A stretch of DNA of 63,331 nt, the filler included, from an uncultured Myxococcia bacterium (GTDB taxonomy: Bacteria; CAZTWC01): assembly GCA_964617105.1 (NCBI GenBank). It is 3 parts of 3 records of this genome, joined end to end, with 100 filler letters (N's around TTAATTAATTAA, not from the genome) between each part and the next. Parts side by side here need not be neighbours in the genome. Positions count along the whole stretch, not along the records: positions 21,552 to 42,465 come from CAZTWC010000033.1; 2 more parts are not named here. One strand, 5' to 3'. Below the pieces are notes generated by a model. It saw nothing but the letters and a program-made list of their open reading frames with translations. It made no database searches and was not told where the DNA came from. Made by a program: the position numbers and the translations under genes. Position 1 is the first letter of the stretch. Every line of letters begins with the position of its first letter. Shown here piece by piece: positions 27,004-38,300 of the stretch.

Positions 27004-27602
27004 TCAGTAGTTTCAGTTTTTTCTTCACCTGTTTCGCTTGAATTATCAGTCTCTTCTGTAGATGCTGCTTCATCAACGGCAGTTTTCTGTTCAGCCTCCG
27101 CCTCAACTTCTGGCTTTTCTTGCTCAGGCACCGGTTCAGCCTGCACTGTCGGCTTGGCTGCTTGCATCTCTTTTTCCGGCTCGTTCTGTTTCATCCTATT
27201 AACCAATTTATCGCCGAATACATCTCCCAGGTGAGTGGTGGAACTTTTCGCTTCCACATATTCTTTGAGACCTGCATCTGAGTCGAGTCTAGACAAGGCC
27301 TTAATACTGAGAGCAATTTTTTGTTCTGTAGTATCTACCTGCAGCACCAGGGTTTCCACCTCATCGCCTTCAGAAACCACCTGGTCGGCGCTTTTAACCT
27401 TCTCATCACTCAATTCAGAGATGTGGATTAACCCTTCTATTCCATCCTCCAGTTCTACAAACACGCCAAATTCTTTGATTTTAACCACTTTTCCTTTAAT
27501 TTTAGTACCTTTGGGATATTTAATATTGGCATCATCCCAGGGATCACTATGTAGTTGTTTGAGCCCCAAAGAAAAACGTTCGTGATCAGCATCAATATTC
27601 AT
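27000..27602 (-). CDS. rpsA: 30S ribosomal protein S1, C-terminal part (end of S1 domain 5, domain 6, acidic tail), out of frame with the N-terminal part
   Basis: [47 protein letters not shown]. Confidence 0.85.
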   Translation of the reverse strand: MNIDADHERFSLGLKQLHSDPWDDANIKYPKGTKIKGKVVKIKEFGVFVELEDGIEGLIHISELSDEKVKSADQVVSEGDEVETLVLQVDTTEQKIALSIKALSRLDSDAGLKEYVEAKSSTTHLGDVFGDKLVNRMKQNEPEKEMQAAKPTVQAEPVPEQEKPEVEAEAEQKTAVDEAASTEETDNSSETGEEKTETTD

Positions 27603-28965
27603 TACCTTTTTTAAACAGGTCGGATGGATGCTTCAAGCGCTGGGACCAGGTAATATCTGAAATGTGCACCAGGCCATCAATACCTTCTTCTATTCCCACA
27701 AACAAACCAAACTCGGTTATGTTGCGTATACTGCCGTTGATTATCGAGCCTACCGGGTATTTAACCTTCAACTCTTCCCAGGGATTGGGTTCTACCTGCT
27801 TGATACCCAGAGATATCCGACGATTTTGGGCATCGATATCAAGTACCATAGCTTTTACTTCATCGTTGATATTTACCAATTTGGAGGGATGTTTTACTCT
27901 CTTAGTCCAGGACATCTCCGAAATATGGACCAATCCTTCCACTCCTTGCTCCAATTCAATGAATGCGCCATAATCGGTGAGGCTAACCACCCGGCCGACA
28001 ATCTGGCTGTGAACTGGATATTTATCTGCGGCGGTAGTCCAGGGATCTGGAGTAATTTGTTTTAATCCCAGAGATACCCGACCTTTTTCTTCATCATAAT
28101 TGAGGACCTTGATTTTGACTTCATCACCAATAGAGAACATTTCGGAGGGATGATTTACTCTACCCCAGGACATGTCGGTGATGTGTAAAAGACCATCGAT
28201 TCCACCCAGATCGATAAAGGCGCCGTAATCGGTAATATTTTTAACAATACCATCCAAAATTGCGTCTTTTTCTAATTTCTCCAGGGTTTCTTTACGTAAT
28301 TCTTCCCGCTCTTTCTCCAGTAAAGCCCGGCGGGAGAGAACGATATTACCCCGTTTTTTATTAAACTTAATAATTTTAAAGTTATAAGTTTGACTTAGAT
28401 ATTTATCCAAATTCCGAGTGGGACGTAAATCGACCTGAGAGCCTGGCAGAAAAGCCTTGACACCTATGTCCACCGAGAGTCCACCCTTAACCCGACTAAT
28501 GATAGTGCCTTCCACCAATTTGTCATTTTCACAGGCAAAACTAATCTCATCCCAAATTTTCATCCGATCCGCTTTTTCCTTGGAAAGAATCACCAATCCG
28601 TTATCATCTTCTATCCCCTCCAAAAGCACATCAACTTCGTCACCTTCTCGGATATCCAATTTTTTGTGCTGTGAACAAAATTCTCCAATGGAAATTTGGC
28701 CTTCAGATTTATAGCCAATGTCTACCATAACGTAGTCATCTAAAATCTGGATAATTTTTCCGGTAACGATTTCACCTTCCACCATCTGTTTATTCTGAAG
28801 GCTCTCTTCAAACATGGTTTTGAAATCTTCCTGTTCAAGATCCAGACTGATATCATCGCTCAAATTATCGTTGTTATTGGGAGCGGTTGCCTGGCTATTG
28901 CCATTGGATTGTTCAGATGGTTGTTGTTGTACGGTTGTGGTTTGTTGGGTTTCGGTTTGTTGCAT
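27592..28965 (-). CDS. rpsA: 30S ribosomal protein S1, N-terminal part (domains 1-4 and most of 5)
   Basis: [50 protein letters not shown]; ends prematurely at KKGNEY*. Confidence 0.92.
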   Translation of the reverse strand: MQQTETQQTTTVQQQPSEQSNGNSQATAPNNNDNLSDDISLDLEQEDFKTMFEESLQNKQMVEGEIVTGKIIQILDDYVMVDIGYKSEGQISIGEFCSQHKKLDIREGDEVDVLLEGIEDDNGLVILSKEKADRMKIWDEISFACENDKLVEGTIISRVKGGLSVDIGVKAFLPGSQVDLRPTRNLDKYLSQTYNFKIIKFNKKRGNIVLSRRALLEKEREELRKETLEKLEKDAILDGIVKNITDYGAFIDLGGIDGLLHITDMSWGRVNHPSEMFSIGDEVKIKVLNYDEEKGRVSLGLKQITPDPWTTAADKYPVHSQIVGRVVSLTDYGAFIELEQGVEGLVHISEMSWTKRVKHPSKLVNINDEVKAMVLDIDAQNRRISLGIKQVEPNPWEELKVKYPVGSIINGSIRNITEFGLFVGIEEGIDGLVHISDITWSQRLKHPSDLFKKGNEY

Positions 28966-29110
28966 GGTATTAATTTACTCCTTGAATTTCATTCCCAAAG
29001 GGAACACTTACTTGATGCCCATACTGTATGGACACCGCCTAGATCATTAATTCTCAATAAATCCATTAATTAAATTTTGGAGAATTAAATTTTTCAACAT
29101 ATTCTTACGA
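28966..29110 (-). promoter_or_regulatory. Structured rpsA leader (three hairpins)
   Basis: Inverted repeats TTCCC-AAA-GGGAA (28992-29004), GATGCCCATACTGTATGGACACC (29014-29036) and TTAATTCTC...GAGAATTAA (29047-29088). Confidence 0.45.
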
Positions 29111-29965
29111 TTAAAAATTGTCAAACCTTTTTTTGACCCTTTCCGCTATTTCTACTATTTGCTGCCCAGGAGTAGACGCTCCACTAAGAATCCCAACGGT
29201 TAGATCGGTGTTCTCGGCCTTAAACCACTCCGATTGTATCTCTTTCTCTGTTTCTATATGAAAGACTTTGCTATTTCCTACTTTTTGGCAGAGTTGCTTC
29301 AAATGATTAGTGTTAGCACTAATTTTGCCACCCACCACCAGGATAACATCACATTCCTGGGCCAGGGATACAGCCTCGGTTTGCCTTTTAACCGTTTCTT
29401 TACAGATGCTGTTGATAGTTAAAATTTCAAAATATTTATCCAGGCAAAGATGGTTGAGCCGTTTTAGGATCTCTGGCGGCTGAGTGCTCTGGGAGAGTAT
29501 GGCAATCCGGCTGGAGACCGGTAAATCACATGGCGACAGGGTAGGGGGGATCACCTTTATTTTACCGGGTGCTATGGCCTTTATACATTTTACTTCAGCA
29601 TGTCTAGCATCTCCTACCAATAACATATTGTATCTATCTTTTAAACTGGCCACCCGTTTGTGAACCGCAAGTAAAAAAGGGCAGGTGCCATCCACCACCT
29701 CCAACCCTTTTTGGAGGGCTTCTTTGATCAAAGAAGATTCCATACCGTGGGATCTGACCAAAAGAACTCCCTCATTACATTGATCCAGGCGGCTGATAGT
29801 ATTCAATCCTCTGGACTCCAAGTGCTGGACAAAATCGGGGTTGTGGATCAAATGACCTACGGTAGAAACTGTTTTCCCCGCTTGCAGCAAGGTTTCTGCC
29901 AGTTTAACCGCTCTCTTTACTCCCAGGCAAAAACCGCTTCGGGAGGCAACTTTTATCTTGATCAT
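29111..29965 (-). CDS. ispH: 4-hydroxy-3-methylbut-2-enyl diphosphate reductase
   Basis: GFCLGV.RA, LIHN, RSHG, DGTCP, HAE, SIC.ET..RQ, SANT, GASTP. Confidence 0.93.
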   Translation of the reverse strand: MIKIKVASRSGFCLGVKRAVKLAETLLQAGKTVSTVGHLIHNPDFVQHLESRGLNTISRLDQCNEGVLLVRSHGMESSLIKEALQKGLEVVDGTCPFLLAVHKRVASLKDRYNMLLVGDARHAEVKCIKAIAPGKIKVIPPTLSPCDLPVSSRIAILSQSTQPPEILKRLNHLCLDKYFEILTINSICKETVKRQTEAVSLAQECDVILVVGGKISANTNHLKQLCQKVGNSKVFHIETEKEIQSEWFKAENTDLTVGILSGASTPGQQIVEIAERVKKRFDNF

Positions 29966-29987
29966 TAATCTAACCGTTAATCACCTG

Positions 29988-30665
29988 CTATAACATTTCT
30001 CTAAAAAGCCGGTAAATCTCTTCCACCACCTGCTCTATCGACATCTGGGAGGTATCAATTCGTATGGCATCTTCGGCGGCTTTTAAGGGCGCCACCTTCC
30101 GGGTGCTATCCTGATGATCACGCTGGTTCATCTCCTTAATAACCTGGTCCAGCTCTATGGCCTGGCTACTATCCTTTAGATCCAGGTGACGTCTCTGGGC
30201 TCTTACCAGGGGTGATGCATCTAAAAATATCTTCAACTGCGCCTGGGGGAACACCACAGTACCGATATCTCTCCCCTCCAGCACCACGCCTCCATGTTGG
30301 CCTAATTTTCGCTGAATATGAAGCAAACCCTTTCTCACTCCGGGCAGAGCTGAAATTTGAGATGCCAGCATAGATATCCGGTTCTCCCTTATCTCTTTGG
30401 TTACTTCGCTACAATTTACAAAGACCCGGTTTACCTCTCTATCCATCTTAAAATCTATTTCCAACTCCTCCGCCAAACTGATCAGTTTATCCTCATCTTT
30501 CTCCTGGCAGGCTAAACCTTGCTGATGAGCAAACCAGGCCAGGGAACGATAAATAGCGCCAGTGTCAACCTGGGTATAGCCCGTTCTTTCGGCCAATAGT
30601 TTAGCCACCGTGCTTTTACCAGAGCCCGCCGGCCCATCAATGGCAACAATAATTTTCTTTTCCAT
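29988..30665 (-). CDS. cmk: Cytidylate kinase
   Basis: AIDGPAGSGKST, DTGAIYR, EGRDIGTVVFP, RDHQD.TR.VAPL. Confidence 0.96.
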   Translation of the reverse strand: MEKKIIVAIDGPAGSGKSTVAKLLAERTGYTQVDTGAIYRSLAWFAHQQGLACQEKDEDKLISLAEELEIDFKMDREVNRVFVNCSEVTKEIRENRISMLASQISALPGVRKGLLHIQRKLGQHGGVVLEGRDIGTVVFPQAQLKIFLDASPLVRAQRRHLDLKDSSQAIELDQVIKEMNQRDHQDSTRKVAPLKAAEDAIRIDTSQMSIEQVVEEIYRLFREML

Positions 30666-32033
30666 TTACCCCACCTGAAAATTCATCTGGTTCAATTGCT
30701 CAAAAAAACCTGGGAAAGAAACTGCTATAGGATCGGTATCTGTCAAAATCCCCCCCTTTTTGGAGTTGAGAGCAGCCACCGCCATAGCCATAGCAATCCG
30801 GTGGTCTCCATGACTCTCTATTTGGCTGCCGCCCTCAAGAAAACCCTGGCCATCTATTACCATCCCATCGGGCAACTCTTTGACCTTTGCGCCCATTTTT
30901 GACAACTCTTGAGCCATGGCGCTAATCCGGTCGCTCTCCTTGACCCGCAACTCAGCAGCGCCCCTAATCTCAGTCTTTCCCCTGGCAAAAGCCGCTCCTA
31001 CTGCCAACAGAGGAAGTTCATCGATCAACCTGGGTATGCGGGGTGCCTGGATAGAGATCCCTTTCAAGTTTCCCTGGTATTGAACTACAATATCTCCAAT
31101 CTCTTCCCCACCCACGGTTCGCTGATTTACAATGGTTATGCCAGCACCCATCTCCTGCATTGCCTCTAAAAAACCGGTGCGGGTGGGATTAAGTGATATA
31201 TCACAGATCTCCACTCTGGCGCCTTCTACCAACACTGCAGCCATGATAAAAAAAGCAGCAGAAGAGATATCCCCGGGCACCAAAAAATCCCTGGCAGCAA
31301 AAGGAGGGTTAAAGGCCCTATTACGAACTGTCAGCCCATCTATCTCAAGGGGTAAACCTAAATACTGCATCATCTTTTCAGTATGATCGCGAGATTTATA
31401 ATCTTCGGTAATCGAGGTTTCTCCCTGGCTGTACATACCAGCTAAAAGCAAGGCCGATTTCAACTGGGCTGACGGTATTGGACTTTGATAATCGATCCCG
31501 GTCAAACTCCTCCCGTCCAGGTGCAGCGGCGGATATATCTCTCCAGCCTTTTCAGCGGAGTTAGAACCCTGGATATGGGCGCCCATTTTTAGCAAAGGCT
31601 CCACCACCCTGGCCATGGGCCGGCGGCGGATGGAGGCGTCTCCATCCAGAGTAACCGAAAAAGGTTGACTGGCCAGCAACCCGCATAAAAGACGCATGGT
31701 TGTGCCGGAGTTGCCTACATTCAGCACAGTTCGCTTGTCCAAAGGTGCGGTTAATCCTTTTTCTCCTACTCCCTGACAAACCAGGTGTTCACTATCCTCC
31801 AGCCGGGAAAATTTAGCCCCCAAATGGGTAAGGATCTCCATGGTACTGCCATTGTCCCGGTTGTTGGAAAAATTACTAATCCGGCTTTCACCCTGGGCCA
31901 GGGCGGAAAATATCAGGGCCCGGTGACAAATTGACTTATCCCCGGGGACCTTGAGTTTCCCGATTAATTTTTTGACCGGAACAATACGAGCCTGCTTATC
32001 TTTGGTGGTAATTATGGTTTGGGTAGATGTCAT
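30666..32033 (-). CDS. aroA: 3-phosphoshikimate 1-carboxyvinyltransferase
   Basis: PGDKSICHRA, GNSGTTMRL, SAQLKSA, RDHTE, ELRVKESDRI, GDHRIAMA. Confidence 0.96.
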   Translation of the reverse strand: MTSTQTIITTKDKQARIVPVKKLIGKLKVPGDKSICHRALIFSALAQGESRISNFSNNRDNGSTMEILTHLGAKFSRLEDSEHLVCQGVGEKGLTAPLDKRTVLNVGNSGTTMRLLCGLLASQPFSVTLDGDASIRRRPMARVVEPLLKMGAHIQGSNSAEKAGEIYPPLHLDGRSLTGIDYQSPIPSAQLKSALLLAGMYSQGETSITEDYKSRDHTEKMMQYLGLPLEIDGLTVRNRAFNPPFAARDFLVPGDISSAAFFIMAAVLVEGARVEICDISLNPTRTGFLEAMQEMGAGITIVNQRTVGGEEIGDIVVQYQGNLKGISIQAPRIPRLIDELPLLAVGAAFARGKTEIRGAAELRVKESDRISAMAQELSKMGAKVKELPDGMVIDGQGFLEGGSQIESHGDHRIAMAMAVAALNSKKGGILTDTDPIAVSFPGFFEQLNQMNFQVG

Positions 32034-32059
32034 TAGATCAATTTCTAGATATACACATT

Positions 32060-34186
32060 CTATTCGTTTCTTAAGAAAATAAAACTCTCCAGAGCCACCA
32101 ACCGTTCTCTATGGTAAACTAAAGGATTGATATCCATCTCCAAAATGTTAGGATTCTCTTGAAAAAGTACGGAAACCTTCACCAGGATTCCTGCCAAAGT
32201 CTCAATGTTTATCTGAGGTAAATCTCGAAAACCGCTAAACAATTTTCTGGCGCTCAAATTATAGATCATATTGCGGGCGTGATTTATGGTCAAAGGGGCA
32301 ATACCCGCGGTGATATCGTTATAGACATGTCCCATGGCTCCTCCTAACCCGAAAGTGATAAAGGGGCCGAAAAGATTGCGGTAAGGACGGCGGCTGGCAC
32401 TAATAAAAAACTCTAACTCGCTGTCTACCATCTTTTGAACCAGAAAAATGAGTTGCTTTTTTTTGCCCATCTGAAAGTTATACTTTTCCCTTAAAAACAG
32501 GTAGGCCTCTTCCAGTTCAAGCACGTTTTTAATACCTTTAATGGGCTCAAATATGGCCCTGGATTTATCTGCATCGTGAATAACCATTAACGCTACCGGA
32601 TATCCAAAAGTTCCGGCAATATTTTTTAACTGATCTAATTTAAAAGCAATGGCTTCATCGCATACCGGGATACCATACTCTGCCAAAAGGACATTGGAAG
32701 TAAATTTATCCAGGGTGGTCAAACCTTGCTTGAGATGGATATCCAAAATATAGGAGGAACTTTGCCGTGCCGGTGGCGCATCTTGAAATTTCTCCTTTTT
32801 TTGCTCCCGTAATAGGCTGTTTAATTGATAACAATTTTTAAAGGTCATAAAAGCCTCTTCCAAATCTGGGTAACCGACAACCTGGTTCTGGCTCGCAACT
32901 TTTGCATTTTGGTTGCCGCCATAGGCCCCGCAAAGAATAAGAGGTTTTTTACTCTTTTCATTTAACTTGCATAACTTGTTAACCAACCTGGAATTACTCG
33001 AAGATTTGGCCGGCAAATAGGCTACCGTAGCCCAGGTATCAGTATTACTCATTCCCAACCTGAGTAAATTATCGAGTTTTTCACCTCGAAATTTATCCGT
33101 TGGGAGGGGTAAATACTTTTGAGCCAAATCTTGAATCATATCAGCGGTGAGATTCTCTCTGCCAGAAAGCCTTTCTGCAGTTTCCTGAAGCACTGGTGAA
33201 AGAAGTCTCAATTGAATTTTAGCAGCCTTATCAGCCATATAGGCACTGGCATAAGCATCATTGGCCACCGCAAAAACAGTGCTATCCCATGGCAATTTGA
33301 GGTCGAACACATTAATATAACTGAGCAATTGTAATATCTGACCAAAATTTTCAATAAAGAGAAAACCACACTGGCGGCAAAGAGCCATCATTACCTTATC
33401 GATAATGGGAGTGGTACGTCTAAAATTCCGAAAAAGATTATGGGAGGCTTTACTTCCTCCCTGCAACAGGCAGATGACCGGTTTGGTTCCGGCTATCTCA
33501 TAAGCCACCTGTTTAAAACTGGTGCCATCGGCAATTGAAGACAATACCAATACAATAACCCTGGTCTTTTCATCCTGGGCTAAGAAGCGCAGCAAAGCGG
33601 GTAAGGAAATTCCCCATTGCTCCCCAACATCAACCACCTTTTCCAACCCAAATCCCCTTTTTCCGGTTTCGCTAAGCAGAGCATTAAAAGCAGATTCCCC
33701 TTCTACCAGAGCACTGATACCGGTGGAAGGTAAATTTTCCTGAGGCTGGTGATTCCCGATGCCCAACTGGCTATTAGAAAAAACACCGCTGCTTTGCGGC
33801 CCCAACAGGTAAATCCCTTTTTGGATCAACTCCTGGGATAGCCGTAAATAACGCAGATAGTTACTTTTAGTTGCCGGACATTGGCCAGGGGTCATTACCA
33901 GGTGACAATCCCGTTCAGCCAGTTCATCGGCCAGGCAGTGATCAATTTGCGATAATCTGGAAACCACTGCCAGATCAATTGGGTTATTATCCAGTTTGTC
34001 CTCCACCTGAAAAAAGATGTTGCCAATTTGAATCTGGCTCTCTCCCTTACCTTTATTATATAGGGAAAGCCGGCCGGAAAAACCAGACTTGGACAGATTT
34101 GACAAAAGCCTTTTACTGGAAAAAGTAGTGTTGAAATTATCAACAAAAAGGACAGATTCCGGATTAAATAACTTGTTTAAATCCAT
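32060..34186 (-). CDS. Divergent NDP-forming acyl-CoA synthetase / Pat-like protein (CoA-binding, ligase and ATP-grasp domains), probably inactive
   Basis: LFNPESV, LLGPQSSG, FLAQDEKTRVI, FGPFITFGLGG, GFRDLP, EMDINPL. SHTG aligns to NFRR and HKS to DKS; there is no GNAT domain. Confidence 0.75.
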   Translation of the reverse strand: MDLNKLFNPESVLFVDNFNTTFSSKRLLSNLSKSGFSGRLSLYNKGKGESQIQIGNIFFQVEDKLDNNPIDLAVVSRLSQIDHCLADELAERDCHLVMTPGQCPATKSNYLRYLRLSQELIQKGIYLLGPQSSGVFSNSQLGIGNHQPQENLPSTGISALVEGESAFNALLSETGKRGFGLEKVVDVGEQWGISLPALLRFLAQDEKTRVIVLVLSSIADGTSFKQVAYEIAGTKPVICLLQGGSKASHNLFRNFRRTTPIIDKVMMALCRQCGFLFIENFGQILQLLSYINVFDLKLPWDSTVFAVANDAYASAYMADKAAKIQLRLLSPVLQETAERLSGRENLTADMIQDLAQKYLPLPTDKFRGEKLDNLLRLGMSNTDTWATVAYLPAKSSSNSRLVNKLCKLNEKSKKPLILCGAYGGNQNAKVASQNQVVGYPDLEEAFMTFKNCYQLNSLLREQKKEKFQDAPPARQSSSYILDIHLKQGLTTLDKFTSNVLLAEYGIPVCDEAIAFKLDQLKNIAGTFGYPVALMVIHDADKSRAIFEPIKGIKNVLELEEAYLFLREKYNFQMGKKKQLIFLVQKMVDSELEFFISASRRPYRNLFGPFITFGLGGAMGHVYNDITAGIAPLTINHARNMIYNLSARKLFSGFRDLPQINIETLAGILVKVSVLFQENPNILEMDINPLVYHRERLVALESFIFLRNE

Positions 34187-34239
34187 GTAATAACTCCAAA
34201 TAATTAATCAATTATACGTTGCTAGAAAACAACAACAGC

Positions 34240-35295
34240 CTAAATGGACCAGACCATTTCTCCGGCTATCTTATCCACAGCCAACACCTGATCAACACAG
34301 CCGGTCTTTTTGGCTGATTTAGGCATCCCATAAATTATTGATGTCCTTTCATCTTGAGCAATGGTTAAGCCGCCCATTTTCTTGATGGCGATTACTCCGG
34401 CACTGCCATCATTGCCCATACCAGTCAACACTATACCGGTGGCTTTTTGTTTAAAAGAAGCAGCCACCGAACAAAAGAGCATATCCACCGATGGACAATA
34501 TTCGTGTAATTCATCTTCTGGCATCAGGTTTATCATCTGCCTGGAGTTCACCACCATGTTATACCCACCTGGAGCGATAAAAACCGAGCCGGCTTTTAGA
34601 ACATCTCCCGCTTCTGCCTCTTTTACCTTCAAGTGGCAAGACTGGTCCAGGTGTTCTGCAAAAGTGGCGGTAAAAGGGGCCGGCATATGCTGAGCCACCA
34701 ATACAGCGCCGGGAAAATCGGCAGGCATACGGGCAAGTATCTTATGAAGCGTGCCCGGACCCCCAGTGGAAAGACCAAAGGCAAAAATACGGGGCAAAAA
34801 CTGACGACTGGCAGAAGAAGGGGCAAAAATACGGTTAATCACCGCACCGGTGCCTGAGGTAGATGACAAATTCCTGGGCCGGATCTCAATCCGGGCTAAC
34901 GATTTAATTTTTCTAATGATACCGTTTCTTATAAAAAGAAAATCGCTAGTTTTTTCATCACTGCTCAGTTTAGGGATAAAGTCTACGGCTCCAGCCTCCA
35001 GAGCCTTAAGAGTTTCAGGGGCATCTTTCCTGGTGAAGGCACTCAGCATAATAATGGGCCTGGGCATCTCCTCCATTATTCTCTTAACTGCCTGAATACC
35101 ATCCATAACCGGCATGTTTACATCCATAGTGATCAAATCGGGACGGAACCGCCGGGTCATATCGATGGCAGCCTGGCCGTTGCTGGCAGTACCCACCACC
35201 GAAATCTGTTCATCAGAGTTCAGGAGTTCCCTTAAAATCATGCGCACCGACCTGGAATCGTCAACTACCAGAACTTTTATAGATTCTTGGCTCAT
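34240..35295 (-). CDS. cheB: Chemotaxis methylesterase (REC + CheB)
   Basis: VLVVDDS, TMDVNMP, STGGP, QHMP, PSVD, LTGMGNDG. Confidence 0.95.
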   Translation of the reverse strand: MSQESIKVLVVDDSRSVRMILRELLNSDEQISVVGTASNGQAAIDMTRRFRPDLITMDVNMPVMDGIQAVKRIMEEMPRPIIMLSAFTRKDAPETLKALEAGAVDFIPKLSSDEKTSDFLFIRNGIIRKIKSLARIEIRPRNLSSTSGTGAVINRIFAPSSASRQFLPRIFAFGLSTGGPGTLHKILARMPADFPGAVLVAQHMPAPFTATFAEHLDQSCHLKVKEAEAGDVLKAGSVFIAPGGYNMVVNSRQMINLMPEDELHEYCPSVDMLFCSVAASFKQKATGIVLTGMGNDGSAGVIAIKKMGGLTIAQDERTSIIYGMPKSAKKTGCVDQVLAVDKIAGEMVWSI

Positions 35296-35313
35296 CTAAA
35301 TTAGATAACCTCT

Positions 35314-38300
35314 CTATATTATCCCTAATTGGCGTTTAATTGTGCCCAAAAGGGAATTTTTTTGAAAAGGTTTGATAAGATATTCATTGGCGCCTGCCTC
35401 TAAGCCGCTGAAAATATCTTCTTTCTCCCCTTTACTTGATACCACCAGAATTGGTATATTACTGGTTGGGACATGGGCTCTAAGTTCCCTGGTAAACTCG
35501 ATTCCGTTCATCCTGGGCATCATTATATCAGTAGTAATAAGATCGTATTTTTTTCTTTTGGCCTTCTCCAGTCCATCAACCCCGTCAACCGCCAGATCAA
35601 CTATAAATCCATCCGATTCCAGGAGATCTTTTACTTGACGCCTGATAACGGCGGAGTCATCCACCACCAACAGATTGTAACGTCCCGATTTTAACCTTTC
35701 AACCGATTTCGCCGGAGGAGAGATAAAACTGGTCGCGCTATAGGAAGTGGAGATGCTGTTGATGACAGAGGGAACATCCAGGATAAGCACCACATTGCCA
35801 TCTCCCAAAATAGTGCCGCCGCTAATGAACTTGATGTAGGGGAGAAATTCGCCCAGCGATTTGAGTACGATCTCATGCCGGCCCAGCAGTTCATCTACCA
35901 AAATACCAATTTTCTTGTTCCAGGAACCCACAATAATTACTGGTTGAAAATCTTGACCTGAGATATATTTTTCCTCGATGTTGACTATTTCCACCAATCT
36001 GACCAGAGATATGACACTTTCTCTTACATTGATCACTTCACGGTTACCGATCATGCGTATATCCGCCATGGACACGGTAATGGTTTCCAATACCGAAGAT
36101 AGTGGAATGGCATACATCTCCCCGGATACCTTCACCAATAGGGCATTCATTATAGCCAGGGTTAAGGGGAGTTTAATTATAAAAGTGGTGCCCTTTCCCT
36201 TGCTGGTGACTATGGCAATAGTACCCTTTAGTTGCTGGATATTAGTTTTTACCACATCCATACCCACACCCCGTCCAGAGATGTCGGTTACATCCTCGGC
36301 CGTGGAAAATCCCGGCATAAAAATCAAATTATTGGCCTGTTGCTCATCCAGGTCTTTAGCTTCATTACCAGAAATTAAACCTTTTTCTACAGCTTTCTCT
36401 TTTACTATCTCGGCATCGATCCCTTTGCCATCGTCAGAAACCTCAATAACGATTTGATTCCCTTCATGATATGCCTTTAAAATTATATTGGCCAACCTGT
36501 TTTTACCACTGGCTTTTCTATTTTCTGAAGATTCAATCCCATGATCTATAGCATTTCTGATCAAGTGCATAAGTGGATCAGCGATTTTGTCGATAATCAT
36601 TTTATCCACTTCGGTTTCTTGCCCCAGCAAAACCAACTCTACCTTTTTTCCTGTGGTACGGGAGAGATCTCTTACCAGCCTTGGAAAGCGGGAGAAAACT
36701 GTGGAGATTGGCAACATCCTCAGTTTTTGCAATCCCTCTTGTAACTCAGAAGTGATCCGATCCATCTGGTCAGTGGTTTCAATAATATTGGAGGAAGCAT
36801 CGTTCAGTTCATTGCTCAAACGAATTACTTCCTGGGAAGTTTCCAAATTTTCAACCTGAAATTGGTCGGCTTTCCCGCTGCTGTTTCTTTTAGACTGATC
36901 GCTGACTATTTGATTCATCTCATTAGAAATAGTGGGTATTTCATGAAAAAAGCCAGATTGGATAGCCATTTTTTTTAGGTAAGAGAGGATCTGCTCCTGC
37001 AACTCTTTTAATTGGATACTTTCCTTGTTTTCCTGGTGAACATCCAGCAAACTACGCTTTATGCCCTGCAATTCCTCCACCCGTTGATGAAAATCTTTAA
37101 GATCATCGTCCAGCCGGCTCTTAATAATAACCAACTCTCCCATAAAATTCATCAGGTTATCCAATTTATCAGTATCCACCCGCAATGAACGACTCTCCCT
37201 CCCGATAATTCCTGATAACTTGACTTTACCACCTTTTTTCCCGGCTTTGCCCCCTTTTTCTACTTTCTTGGCCGCTTCTTCCGTATCAGAGGATTTCCCC
37301 GGTTGGATCAATTTGGGACTCTCTGACTTACCAACCTTTGCTGCAGATGCTTTTTCTTCCCCCTTGATTATCTCCAGATGTTCCTCCAGTTTAATTATCA
37401 CCTCTTGGCCGTTAATCGGCACCGGTTTTTGGGTCCCAGTATTATTAACAATAATTTTTGCCAAATCAAAACCATTGAAAATAATCTCCAGTAACCTTTC
37501 AGAGGGAACAACCTCTTTTTTCCTGAGTAAATCTAGTAACGTCACCAACTTTTCTGCCACCTGAAGAAGTTGTTCCAGGTTGAAAAAATTAGCTGAGCCC
37601 TGGATGGCATATATGATGCGGAAAAGTGAATTTAAAAGTTCCAGGTTTTTCGGTTCCTGAGTCAGGCTGGTAAAAAGTTGCTCCGCTTCTGACAGCGATT
37701 GCAGAGCCTCTTGTTTAAAAGTCTGAATAATCTCCTGGTCGATATCCTCTATTTGCAAGAGGGGGTCATCAGCCTCAATAGTTGCTTCAACTGGTGGTGC
37801 CGCATCTCCGGCATGTTCACCCGGTTCTAACAGGTCCATCTGTTGGATCCGGTCCAGGTATAAGCTAATTTGTGCCTGGGTAGTTTCATCCTGTTCCGGA
37901 AATCTGTCATCCCTGATAATCACTAACATCTGCTCTATGAGAGGATTATAATCAAAGAGGAGATCTACCAACTCCTGGTTCAAACTTTCCGGTTTGGTTT
38001 TGAGCACTTCCAGCAGATTTTCAAATTCATGAGACACCTTTTTTACTTGTAGAGTAGAAGTGAAACCCATTGAGGCAAACACTCCTGAGGTGCCTTTTAT
38101 GGTATGTATTTCCCGGGCTATTACATCTATAAAATCTTCGATTTGACTTTCAGATAAATTCATAAACCCCAATTTGTCGAGTTCCACCAGGTGTTTTTCG
38201 ATCTTCTCGATCATCTCTTCCATCTCGATGAGGTATTCTTCTTTTATCTTCCGAGCCACCTGAGAGGGAAGTTTAGATATAGCAGATTGGGGCTTTTGAT

